Shown here piece after piece: positions 23,201-32,496 of a stretch of 64,000 bases of DNA. Below the pieces are notes generated by a model. The model saw only the letters and a program-made list of their open reading frames with translations. It had not been told where the DNA came from and searched no databases. The position numbers and the translations under genes are program-made. Position 1 is the stretch's first letter. Each line of letters begins with the position of its first letter. Where the stretch lies: contig OX337242.1 in the NCBI GenBank assembly GCA_946965045.2, forward strand, positions 1,054,001 through 1,118,000, in the 5' to 3' direction. Origin of the DNA: Epithemia pelagica (lineage: Eukaryota > Protista > Bacillariophyta).

Positions 23201-24762
23201 ATCTAGTGTGGGACGTCAAAATGGACTTCACCAGGAAGGCCAGGTGGGTTCTTGACGGCCATAAAACACCGGATCCAGAGGGATCGACGTTCGCCGGTGT
23301 GGTGTCCAGGGAGAGTGTGCGTATCGCTTTCACGTACGCTGCCCTGAATGGACTCGATGTCTTTGCCGCCGACATTCGGAACGCCTACCTTCAGGCACCG
23401 TCGTCGAGAAAGGACTACATCATATGGTGTGGTCCTGAGTTTGGCATTGAAAATGTGGGAAAGATTGCACTCGTGCATCGTGCTCTTTATGGAGGAAAGA
23501 CGGCCGGAAAAGACTTCCGAAATCACCTCCGATCTTGCATGAGCCATCTCGGCTTTAAGTCTTGCCCGGCAGATCCTGATGTGTGGATGCGACCCGCTGA
23601 GAAGTCAGATGGGACGACCTACTACGAGTATGTATTGCTCTATGTAGATGATGCCCTGGCAATTGGAGAAAACGCCGAGAAAATTCTACGAGAGGAGATC
23701 GGTCGATACTTTGAGCTTAAGGAGGAGTCAGTGGGCCCTCCCAGCTTATACCTTGGTGGAAGAGTCCGCAAGGTCGTACTCGAGAATGGAGCAGAAGCGT
23801 GGGCCTTCAGTTCCTCACAGTATGTCCAGGCCGCTGTGAAGAATGTCGAGGACTACTTGGCAAAGGATGAGAACAAGAGATGGTCCCTGCCAAGTAAAGC
23901 TGATACGCCAATGAAGTCAAACTATCGGGCTGAGTTGGATGTCTCGGCTGAACTTTCACCAGGAGACGCATCCTATTACCAGTCCCTGATTGGAGTATTA
24001 CGGTGGATTGTCGAATTGGGCAGAGTGGACATCTGCCTTGAGGTGTCCATACTGTCGTCCCACCTTGCCCTACCGAGGGAAGGGCATATGCAACAAGTCC
24101 TGCAGGTCTTCTCATACCTCAGGAAATACCACAACGCAGAACTTGTCTATGACCCAAGTGATCCCGTCATCAACGTGGCGGATTTTGAGAGGAGAGATTG
24201 GACTGCCTCTGAGTTTGGTCATATCGACGGAAAGGAAGAACTTCCACCCAATATGCCGGAGCCTCGTGGAATGGGCTTCACAATTCGGGCAAAGGTCGAC
24301 GCAGACCATGCCTCAGATACCGTATCACGACGATCACGAACAGGGTTTCTCGTGTATCTAAATTCCGCCCTCACATATTGGTGGAGTAAGAAGCAAACAT
24401 CGATCGAGTCATCATCTTTCGGATCAGAATTCATAGCTATGAAGCAATGCTGTGAGTATCTACGGGGGTTACGGTACAAGCTAAGAATGATGGGCATCCC
24501 GTGCGATGGCCCAAGTCTCATCTACGGGGACAATCAATCAGTGTTGGCGAACACAACAATACCGGACTCGGCTCTCAAGAAGAAGAGTCAGTCCATCGCA
24601 TACCACTTTGTACGAGAAGGTGTGGTAAGGGACGAATGGAGAACAACCTACATCAACACCCATGCAAACGAAGCAGACCTATTGACGAAAGTTCTGCCTA
24701 ATGGGGAGAAGAGACGAGGTTTCGTTCGAAATTTGCTCCATCACATCTTCGGTACAGAGTGA
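20260..24762 (+). CDS. Copia 1 Pol (protease, integrase, chromo-like domain, RT, RNase H)
   Basis: ELDSHAN protease. YMDTFF / CDMSKE / AELYI integrase DDE. KARWVLDGH, ADIRNAYLQ and LYVDD RT motifs. VDADHA, SSFGSEF, GDNQSV and NEADLLTK RNase H motifs. Confidence 0.96.
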   Translation: MSSSLRGGILQPDNNKPWDPGEEHECCQQCQKSVVPNRCFAVVAAASLDNDEEMQDMDGEHRTELDSHANMPVVGRHSYIINKSGKKVDVSPFTPQYKSMQAELVDAIVRYDCPYAGKPYLLVIQNALWVEAMENNLVPPFILRESGIKVNERAKIHTDDPTVDDHAITFPATGFRIPLSLWGVFSYFPSVRPTEDDLVAGHDVYVLTPSRWNPHSDAYEANEASMLDWEGNIKERKDQLRIVVDDIPDPENGEDYRVSSAEAHVIDRTCAACHHWQNYMAENRKSSSIEAHDEVGRHLSSVSSVLVESMMALQLEDRMVQGKEFVSIGATVATEEDEENDDGSSVEDEEHGDAMDLDLDALDDVDLDDFFVSSVNAGKPNGIGAEHLAKVWRISHDDAKRTLAVTSQRSKRPEDPTLSQNYGTNDRMLRYRRIEEYFYMDTFFATKKGGKSSRGNTCCQLFVTDKGFMHVVPMKRKSEVLMAVKIFAKEIGAPDALVCDMSKEQTSSDMKIFLNEIGTTLRALEEGTPWANKAELYIKLMKEAVRKDMREANSPLPFWDYCLERRVRIYNLTARDYITVRGTNPYTATLGIEGDISSLGQYKWYEWCYFREHTAKFPHNQEVLGRILGPAKGEGNEMAQWVLKANGNVVPRRSTRPLQESEIHSASEQSKRSAFDALIERRHGTSIQPPPPISNDDEKFYDPYEDDEQPQYTKPDIEDTVDNVGRLLNQCPAYDRMINAEVQMQIGDEMSKGVVKRRALGADGKTSGKYHDDPYSNSILYEVEFTDGQVKEYAANIIAESMLAEVDTDGNHLRLMEGIVEWKKDESLAVPKRDKYVYDRHGRRRARKTTRGWWLLVKWKDGSESWQRLADMKESYPIETAEFAVARGLDDEPAFQWWAKSTLRRRDAIISALKTRARQIKHKYGIEIPTSVEHAKELDKKNGNDYWMKALAKEMFNVGVAFEILAEGEKAPYGWHLVTGHLVWDVKMDFTRKARWVLDGHKTPDPEGSTFAGVVSRESVRIAFTYAALNGLDVFAADIRNAYLQAPSSRKDYIIWCGPEFGIENVGKIALVHRALYGGKTAGKDFRNHLRSCMSHLGFKSCPADPDVWMRPAEKSDGTTYYEYVLLYVDDALAIGENAEKILREEIGRYFELKEESVGPPSLYLGGRVRKVVLENGAEAWAFSSSQYVQAAVKNVEDYLAKDENKRWSLPSKADTPMKSNYRAELDVSAELSPGDASYYQSLIGVLRWIVELGRVDICLEVSILSSHLALPREGHMQQVLQVFSYLRKYHNAELVYDPSDPVINVADFERRDWTASEFGHIDGKEELPPNMPEPRGMGFTIRAKVDADHASDTVSRRSRTGFLVYLNSALTYWWSKKQTSIESSSFGSEFIAMKQCCEYLRGLRYKLRMMGIPCDGPSLIYGDNQSVLANTTIPDSALKKKSQSIAYHFVREGVVRDEWRTTYINTHANEADLLTKVLPNGEKRRGFVRNLLHHIFGTE

Positions 24763-25365
24763 GTGTTAAGTGGAGTACACAGGAGTGGAACCACTTGGGT
24801 GAATGGAGGTGGATGTAGCATGACGTGAACCACCTAGGACGAACGACAAGCCACAAGAGTTGCAAACCAACATTGCAATGGTGCAAGGTTGATTTGAGAG
24901 GAGTGTTGAAATTGTGGCCTATATTTGGCAATGAACGACAAATGTGTCTGAGCTACCACGGCTATGTGGCCGAATTCGGTGAGAGCTGTGTACGACTCCC
25001 ACCTGTAAACCAAGGTAGCTTTATCGATAATGAACGTATAATCTTTCTGATAGCGAACTTTTAGCACCTCTCTACGAGTGTACCGTATTGTCTGTACTGA
25101 TGTGGAGTGACGTGGCCGATGCTGGACAGACTTCGGCGACTGACATTCGAGGTGCGACTGCACCGCCTCGTCGCGAGGCGAGCATCCGATTTTGATCCCT
25201 CGGACTCTACGATTCGAATGACCGAATGCAAAGGTGCCGATGTTTTGAGAAGAGCTCACTCTTCTGGATTCCAGCATTCTTGCAGGCCTAAAGACGAGTT
25301 CAAGACGATCGCAACGATCTTAGCTAGTTTACTTTGCTTTCAGCCTCTACCTTTGCCTTTTCATC

Positions 25366-28180
25366 ATGACCTTTAAGGATTCTGTTCCTTTCTTCGACAA
25401 GGAGTCGCCGACGATCCCCCTTTCGTCTGCCGCCTCTGGAGGTTCGCCGCCCGTCGTTTCTCAGCCCGATGATTCGCAGGACCAGAAACCCTCCGCCTTT
25501 GCCTCAAAGTCTGATGGTGGATTGTTTGAGGATGTGGATTACAGTGCCCTCTCGGACTCTGAACCCCAGGAGATTCTCGTTGCCGCTTCCCAAGCCAAGA
25601 AGAAGAAGATCGACCAGATCAAGTCCAAGATCTCCGTCTCTGACGATACGCCTCCTCCGCCTCCTCCTTCCCCCACGGGTGGTACAGCCAAATCGAATGA
25701 TGACGTTCTCTCTTCTCTTGTTGGCGGTGGAGGAGACAAGAGTCCTTCGACAGCTACCGCTTCGAATCGCTCCTCTCCTTCTTCCATTCTGTCCAAGTCC
25801 GATATTAAAGTCGCTCGTCGTTTCAAACTTTACTTCGCTGACGACTTCCATCTGATTTCGGCCAAGACTCTCCCCAAGGCATTAGACAATGTTGCAACGA
25901 TTGCCCCGGTTGATTGGTGTGATTCCTTTGTGACTCCTTTTCACATCTCTCTTGCTCGCGACCTTTCCCTTTGGACACAGCTCCAAGCAAGTTTCATCCG
26001 CCTATCGACTCCTGAAGAACTTCATGTTTGGATCTCTGCTAAGATCAAGACCAATTCGTTGGCCTTTCTTGGATCCTCTCGTTCCGGCCGTCCCATGATT
26101 TTCCATAATCTTTGTTGTCCAGTGGATTGTGGTACTTTGGTGAACCCGTCGATCGAATTCTTCGCTCTTGATCGTCCCTCCTTTGATGCGCCTCCCATCC
26201 AGATTGACGTCGACGATATCTCATCTCTCCTCCAAGAAGAGACCCTGAAGCACGTCCCATCCTTCTCGGCGATCCTCGAAGAATGTGTTGGAAAACTTGA
26301 CTTGCCTCCAGGCAAAGATTCGACCCCATGCTTCTTTTTCGATGGGAGTCAGTTCAAGAAGATGAACCCAGTTCCCTCCTCTGAAGCCAAAGAATCAGAC
26401 CGATTCACTTACTCCAACCTTTGTCTCATTCCTCCTGCCTTTGCCGGAATGATGATCAAGTACATGAATCCAGCCCGAGTTGACTCTTCCTTTTCGTTTG
26501 AAGACATCGCTGCCAACTTGTATGAGTTGACCCTCAAGCACTGGTGGTCCCACTCGCCCGATATGCCGCTGGAGACGAAACTCAAAGGCATGCAGATTGA
26601 TTTTCCTTTTCTCTCTGCACTTGAACACATGTTTCGCTTTCTTTGGGTCATGACCACTCGCTCTCAAGTTGAACTCCCTCGCGTCGTCATTCCCAACATC
26701 CCAAAGGACACCGATTCTGCATTCATGACATTGTTGGATCATCGCCACCGAGTCTTTCCCGAACTTCTTTCGTCCCCCGACTCGTCACCCAATCCAAGCG
26801 AAACTACAACCACCCCTCCTCAAGAAACTTCTCCGCCCCAGGTTGATTGTTCCTTTCCATCTTCAAACGACCCACCTCGTCCCACCAATGGTGTTCGTAT
26901 GATTGACGATGAAGGCATCGAGCATTTTGTTTCCCCAGAGATGTTTCTAATTTCGAAATGCCTCCGTGAAGTTGGTTCCCAGAAGAAGATTTCGAACGAA
27001 GACGACATTACTTCACCCGAATCAAAAAGTATGTTCCGAGATATGCCACAGATAGCCCAAAAACAACTTCGCCTGGGAGTTATTGACAGATCTTTCACCT
27101 CTCTTCCCACCGATCTCCCAGATGTTGTGAAGAAAGTTTGGAAATCGAAAAACTCGGCAACCTTTTTCAAGTCTTTTGTCGCAGAAGTTTTCGACCCCAT
27201 GGACAACGTGTGCACGATTCTTCTCGGCCAATGCACGGTGATCCAACGCCTTGGTTTGCGCTGGCGATCTGAAGCCTCTCCCGGAGGCTTCAGCCCTTTC
27301 TCTTTTGATCCGCACGCGATTCCAGGGATTGACTCTTCACACACGTTAGACAAGAATATACGACAACAAATTCACGACGCCTCTCTCTGTCATCTCAACG
27401 AGATGAAACAGAGTAAAGATATGCAACAACTCTATTCGGACCACAACCTGTTCTTTCCACGTACCGAAGACGAGTTTGAGAAACAATTGCGTTCGTATTG
27501 GGCCTGCGCCAAAGGCCTTTGCGGTCCCACCTCCATGATCTGCAATCAAATCCTCAAGTTTTTGAACTTTTTCCATGGCAATCGTACGAAAATCATGGCC
27601 AAAATGTTGAGTTCCGCCAACGAATTCCTTTACGGTCAGATGCTTTTCGGTCTCGACGAAGCCATACAAGAATTTGTTGGATCTTTGAGCGAGTTCAGCC
27701 TCTTCTCTCTCTGACGTTGCCTTCGATGAATTAGAACAACGTGTCAATTGGCTGATCTTCAATGTCAAGTTGGGTGCTCCCTTAGGCGGCTTACCTGCGG
27801 CCTTACAAGCAAAATTTTATGCCCAACAACAAAAACAAGGCAATAAGAAACGATCTTCCAACCCTGATGACCCAAGCAGTTCCAACAAGAAGCAAAATCA
27901 GGAATCCTCACTCCCCAAGAGTGCTGCGACTTTCGCTTCCCCCTCCAATTGGCGCTTACCCAAGAACAAGTCCTATCCGAAGATCTTCCCTCCTCATATC
28001 TTGGAGAACATGCCATCAATCGAGAAAGACGGCAAGACTGTTCCTTTTTGCAACATTCTCTTCTCAAAAGGATTTTGCAAGAAGGGTACAAAATGCAGCT
28101 TTTGTCACGACGATCCAGCGAAACACAACAAGAAGACCGAGATGGACAACTTCTATCGCACAGCGTACGAGAGTTCTTGA
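25366..28180 (+). CDS. Ngaro-like ORF1 (Gag-like) with C-terminal CCCH zinc finger; one frameshift at the (CT)n tract ~27700-27712
   Basis: ORF 25366-27714 overlaps a second frame that is open from 27689 to 28180. The latter contains C-x8-C-x5-C-x3-H (CNILFSKGFCKKGTKCSFCH). Confidence 0.75.
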
Positions 28181-31100
28181 CGCCATGAAGGGTTGATTGT
28201 CACTTCCTCCATATCTCCCCTTCCTGGACCACCGAACGTCGACAGTCAACCCGTTGACTTCTCCCATCGTCTCCCCATAGTTCACTCATCCGCTCCGATA
28301 ATAGTTCCATCGTTTCTTCCACCTCTCGCTTCCCCGTCATCCCATGACATCCCATCCATTCCCTCAACAGCAAATCCCTTCCTTCCCCATCAACCATCTC
28401 AAAACCACACACGGCATCCAGATGCTTGTGCTGCTGCAATCCATAGACAAATTCTCCCCAAGACAAATCTTTTGACGACGACTCCACATGTGCGTTTTCC
28501 AACGGACTGTGGATCTCTCAACAAGATTCGACTTTTTGATGCAAGTCAGCCGGCTTCGCTTTCTCCAGTTATCCCCAAGACTTTATCCCCTTCCGATTCG
28601 CTCTCGTTGATCCCAGCCCCTTCGGATTCGGCTCTCCGCCCTTCAAGTTTCCTTACCCTTGACACGACCCCCAAGACCACCGACCATTTTCCCCCAAATC
28701 TATCCTCACAAATCCAGAATTCTCTTCCAGGAAGCGAATCTGCGATTGAAGGATCTGACTTCTCGGGACGCCCTCTCCACCGGAATGTGAAACGACTACA
28801 AGATGCTCGAAACGCGGATGTTCAACTATTAGGTGAGTTTAGACTATTGCCCCGTCCTTTCCCCAAGTATGATGATCCCAAGCCCTACCTCCCGAACGAT
28901 GTACCCAAGATCTTCCCGAACCGACTCTTCCCTCCGGCACTCCGTCAAGAAAGCCATCCCCTATCGTTGGATGTCATCATTGCCATCTCCCAGACTGAGC
29001 AAGATACACCACACGATTCCCCGTTTCGCCACGACATTCATCCAGATGAAGTCGCTGTCGCTAACGCTGAATTCAACTCACGGTTGATTGATGAATATGA
29101 TATGGACATGCAGCGTCTCCTTGACGCCTATCCATACTCGGTCATCTCCCCAGGATCCGAATTCCGGCCAGCCGGAGTCTTGGAGCCCTTACTGGCAGGC
29201 CATCCCTATTGGCCTCGCCTCAAGTCCATTATCTCTCACGGCGTCTCCTACCCCCTCACAGCTGTGGAAGATGAGACCGCACGGCGAGCTGAGAACGACG
29301 CAATCCTGGAGTATGGAAACCATGCCTCAGGAAAGAAGAATCCTGAGGCACTGACCAAAGTCTTGCTTAAGGATGCCTCTCGTGGTTACTCCCTCCCAAT
29401 CACATTTAGCTGTGCAAAATCGATTAAACATAGTCGTATCAGCCCGATGGGAGTGGCTCACCAGTTGGGAATCGACGCTCACGGCGACCTGATTCCCAAA
29501 GACCGCTTGACCCATGACCAATCCTTCTCTCTCGGTTTCTGTCCCTCCACAAACGACCTCATCGATCAGGAACAGCTAATTGACCTCGTGATGGGCCATT
29601 GCATTGACCGCATCATTCATCAAATTGTTGTATTACGCTGGCACCACCCCACCGAGAAGATTTTGTTGAGTAAATTCGATTGGGCATCGGCCTATCGTCG
29701 CATCCATGGCGACGGCGAAGTGGCCGCCAGGAATATCACCATCGACCCGTCAAACTTGTTTGCCCATCTGAACCTTCGACTGACTTTCGGAGCCTCCGCC
29801 AACCCCGCCGAGTTTTCCGTCGTTTCCGAAATCGGGACAGATCTTTGCAATGATCTTGCCGATCTCCAAGAATGGACGCCTGATTGTTGTGTCTCCCCAC
29901 TTCAGTCAGACATTGGCCCGCCCCAATTCCTATCCGAAGACATTCCCATTGCACAAGCACAAGAACTAGCCGTCATGGTTCCTCCTCGTCCCCACGGATT
30001 TCATGACTGTTATTTAGATGACATGATCCAATTGTTCCTGGCCACTGAAGAGAACATTCATCGCTGCCCATGCATCGTTCCGTTGATTGTCCATCTTATG
30101 ACTCGACCTCTCGCCGACGACGAACCCATCACCCGCAAAGCAATGCTGGAAGACGACAAACTGAAGGCAGAGGGCGCCCCAGTCGAAGAACAACGTGTTC
30201 TCGGCTGGACCATTGACACCAGACGACTCCTTCTTCGCCTCCCGTATGAGAAGAAGGTCGGCTGGACCAAACAAGTCCAAGAATTGTTGGATAAACGAAA
30301 AACAACTTTCGCCCATCTTCGAAGCCTCAATGGAAAATTGTTACATGCAATCAAGGGCATCCCCCTTGCCTCCCACTGGCTCGGTCGCCTCCGCGAATAC
30401 CAGACCTTCATCGAACGGACATATCGACAGAAACAGGCAGCCAAAACAGCCGATCAACAACAACAAGATTCCGACAATCCCAAACGATCGAACCGTGACA
30501 CGTCGCCACCGTTTTACCGGTACAACGTCCCCGAATCGTTGATTGCTGATTTGAAAATGTGGAGAACACTTCTCTCACATTCACACGAAGGAATCTCGCT
30601 GAACCGTCTCGTGTGTCGAGTCCCCACCCACCTCTATCACGCCGACTCCTGTCCAGAGGGAATGGGTGGATATTCGGTATCCACTGGCCGAGCCTGGCGG
30701 ATGCAGATCCACCAGTCTGCCATCGACACTCTCCGCACACACTCGATCGACGAAGAAAAACGATCGAATAACCTTCTTGAGTATATTGCGATTGTGGTCT
30801 CCATCTGGGTGGATTGCTACTTTCATGACATCCCTGAAGATGCAGCCGTTCTCGCCTTATCCGACAACTCTTCAGCCGTGGGATGGCTCCACAAGACATC
30901 GTTTGGAACCGACAAGCCACTCCACATCCAAGTGTCAGCACAACTGACCCACTTGGTCATGCTCCACAAGTTTGCTCTCCAGGCGGAACACATACCAGGG
31001 AAAAGGAACGAGGTGTCAGACATCTTATCTCGAGCTTGGGAAAAATCTGACAGAGAACTCACCTTTTTCATTCACGAAAATTATGCTTCACAGATTCCTC

Positions 31101-31561
31101 AGAATTTTCGCATCAAACAACTCCCGAGCGAAATCTTATGTTGGATTTGCTCCATCGTGCCTCCGTTTCCCGGATCTTCTTCGGCAAAACCGAAGGATCC
31201 CACCAAAAGCGCGACCGAACTTGGGACCGATGGCTTACGCACTTGCGGGGTATTGGATTCAGTCACGACCCCTTCCTCGAATCCCTCCACGCCGCCAACC
31301 ACAGAGCCAGTGTCGCATGCTCCTTCCTCCAACGCCTCCGGGAAGCCGAGTTCACACGCAACCGCGACAGCTCGAACCCTCTTCGAGCGAGCACTCTCCA
31401 ACAAGCCATTGGAGACTTGGCATCGAGCTTCCGGCATCACGACCGGCCGAGCCCTTGCCACAGTCAAGACGGCAGTCACCTCCACCCCATCGTCGCCTCC
31501 CTCAAGCGCGCGTGGGAGAATCTTGACCCCCCGGAAAAGAGAGAGAAGGCCATCACAATAA
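28181..31561 (+). CDS. Ngaro-like ORF2: reverse transcriptase + RNase H
   Basis: SKFDWASAYRRI, LTFGASANPAEF, CYLDD (~30011), VLGWTIDT. RNase H motifs ADSCPEGMGG, NLLEY, SDNSSAVGW, HIPGKRNEVSDILSR. In frame with the ORF1 3' part across a TGA. Confidence 0.92.
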   Translation, partial: RHEGLIVTSSISPLPGPPNVDSQPVDFSHRLPIVHSSAPIIVPSFLPPLASPSSHDIPSIPSTANPFLPHQPSQNHTRHPDACAAAIHRQILPKTNLLTTTPHVRFPTDCGSLNKIRLFDASQPASLSPVIPKTLSPSDSLSLIPAPSDSALRPSSFLTLDTTPKTTDHFPPNLSSQIQNSLPGSESAIEGSDFSGRPLHRNVKRLQDARNADVQLLGEFRLLPRPFPKYDDPKPYLPNDVPKIFPNRLFPPALRQESHPLSLDVIIAISQTEQDTPHDSPFRHDIHPDEVAVANAEFNSRLIDEYDMDMQRLLDAYPYSVISPGSEFRPAGVLEPLLAGHPYWPRLKSIISHGVSYPLTAVEDETARRAENDAILEYGNHASGKKNPEALTKVLLKDASRGYSLPITFSCAKSIKHSRISPMGVAHQLGIDAHGDLIPKDRLTHDQSFSLGFCPSTNDLIDQEQLIDLVMGHCIDRIIHQIVVLRWHHPTEKILLSKFDWASAYRRIHGDGEVAARNITIDPSNLFAHLNLRLTFGASANPAEFSVVSEIGTDLCNDLADLQEWTPDCCVSPLQSDIGPPQFLSEDIPIAQAQELAVMVPPRPHGFHDCYLDDMIQLFLATEENIHRCPCIVPLIVHLMTRPLADDEPITRKAMLEDDKLKAEGAPVEEQRVLGWTIDTRRLLLRLPYEKKVGWTKQVQELLDKRKTTFAHLRSLNGKLLHAIKGIPLASHWLGRLREYQTFIERTYRQKQAAKTADQQQQDSDNPKRSNRDTSPPFYRYNVPESLIADLKMWRTLLSHSHEGISLNRLVCRVPTHLYHADSCPEGMGGYSVSTGRAWRMQIHQSAIDTLRTHSIDEEKRSNNLLEYIAIVVSIWVDCYFHDIPEDAAVLALSDNSSAVGWLHKTSFGTDKPLHIQVSAQLTHLVMLHKFALQAEHIPGKRNEVSDILSRAWEKSDRELTFFIHENYASQIPQNFRIKQLPSEILCWICSIVPPFPGSSSAKPKDPTKSATELGTDGLRTCGVLDSVTTPSSNPSTPPTTEPVSHAPSSNASGKPSSHATATARTLFERALSNKPLETWHRASGITTGRALATVKTAVTSTPSSPPSSARGRILTPRKRERRPSQ

Positions 31562-32496
31562 AACATTTGCGATTCATGTGGGTCCGTTGTTGTGTCCGTA
31601 AAACAAAAGGCCATCCAACCAAGTTCATCTTCGAATTCACCACCTTCGACGCATACATTGTTGATTTGGCCGGCTGCGCATTCTTCTTTGCCATGCGCAG
31701 CTGCGAATACTTGACCGTTCCATCAAGAGGCAAAACAAAACTCCTCACAATCGGCAACATTGTCTTCACCACCAAAGACAAACATGTCACCATCCGAGCC
31801 GACCACCCAAGATTCAACGAACTGGCTGCTTACGTCTCCGTCACTTTTATCGATCAGAAAAACAACAAGAAAGCCGAAACACGCACACAGAGCAGAACCA
31901 GCGACCCCGTCTTCGATCCTGTTCTCATGTGGGGACGTGTGATTCGGCGCATTCTGCACTTTCGCCCCAATGCCCCACCAGACACGCCGGTGAATTGTTG
32001 GTTCGATCCAACCAAACCATCAAAACCACCACGATTCATTCGACAAGAAGACTTGCGCAATTTACTTCGCGAAACCTGCGCTCTCGGTGGAGGCTACACA
32101 AAATTCGGCTACCACCCAATGGACATTGGGACTCATTCAATCAGATCCGGCGCGGCCATGTCTCTCTTTCTCGCTGATTGTTCCGTCGCCAAGATTATGA
32201 TCTTGGGACGATGGAGCTCCTCAGCGTTCATGCGATACATCCGTCCACAAGTTCTTGAATGGACGTCTGGAATGGCTCAGCTGATGCTGACCACCCAAGA
32301 CTTTCGCCACCTCGACAGTTCCACCGTCGCCTCCCGCACCGAATCCCTGGAACGACTTCGCAATCGATTAGACAACCTCATCGATCCCGCCTTCCAGACA
32401 AATACCGAAACGGCGATGGAATCGCCGGAAGAAAACCTTTTCAATGGCCCAGGACCCCTCATTCACTTCCCCAACACACTCCACCTCGACTTGTAA
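31138..32496 (+). CDS. Ngaro-like ORF3: tyrosine recombinase (overlaps the ORF2 3' end)
   Basis: FFFAMRSCEY (R), DQKN (K), THSIRSGAA (HxxR), LGRWSSSAFMRYIR (W, Y). Confidence 0.94.
   Translation: MLDLLHRASVSRIFFGKTEGSHQKRDRTWDRWLTHLRGIGFSHDPFLESLHAANHRASVACSFLQRLREAEFTRNRDSSNPLRASTLQQAIGDLASSFRHHDRPSPCHSQDGSHLHPIVASLKRAWENLDPPEKREKAITIKHLRFMWVRCCVRKTKGHPTKFIFEFTTFDAYIVDLAGCAFFFAMRSCEYLTVPSRGKTKLLTIGNIVFTTKDKHVTIRADHPRFNELAAYVSVTFIDQKNNKKAETRTQSRTSDPVFDPVLMWGRVIRRILHFRPNAPPDTPVNCWFDPTKPSKPPRFIRQEDLRNLLRETCALGGGYTKFGYHPMDIGTHSIRSGAAMSLFLADCSVAKIMILGRWSSSAFMRYIRPQVLEWTSGMAQLMLTTQDFRHLDSSTVASRTESLERLRNRLDNLIDPAFQTNTETAMESPEENLFNGPGPLIHFPNTLHLDL

Larger units (their letters stand above)
18433..25066 (+). 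mobile_element. Ty1/Copia (CoDi-like) LTR retrotransposon 1, apparently intact and recent
   Basis: Identical 163-bp LTRs TGTTG..TAGCA (18433-18595, 24904-25066). PBS-like GTTTATCAGACCCA at 18596. PPT GAGAGGAG before the 3' LTR. Flanked by CCTC. Domain order PR-IN-RT-RH. Confidence 0.97.
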
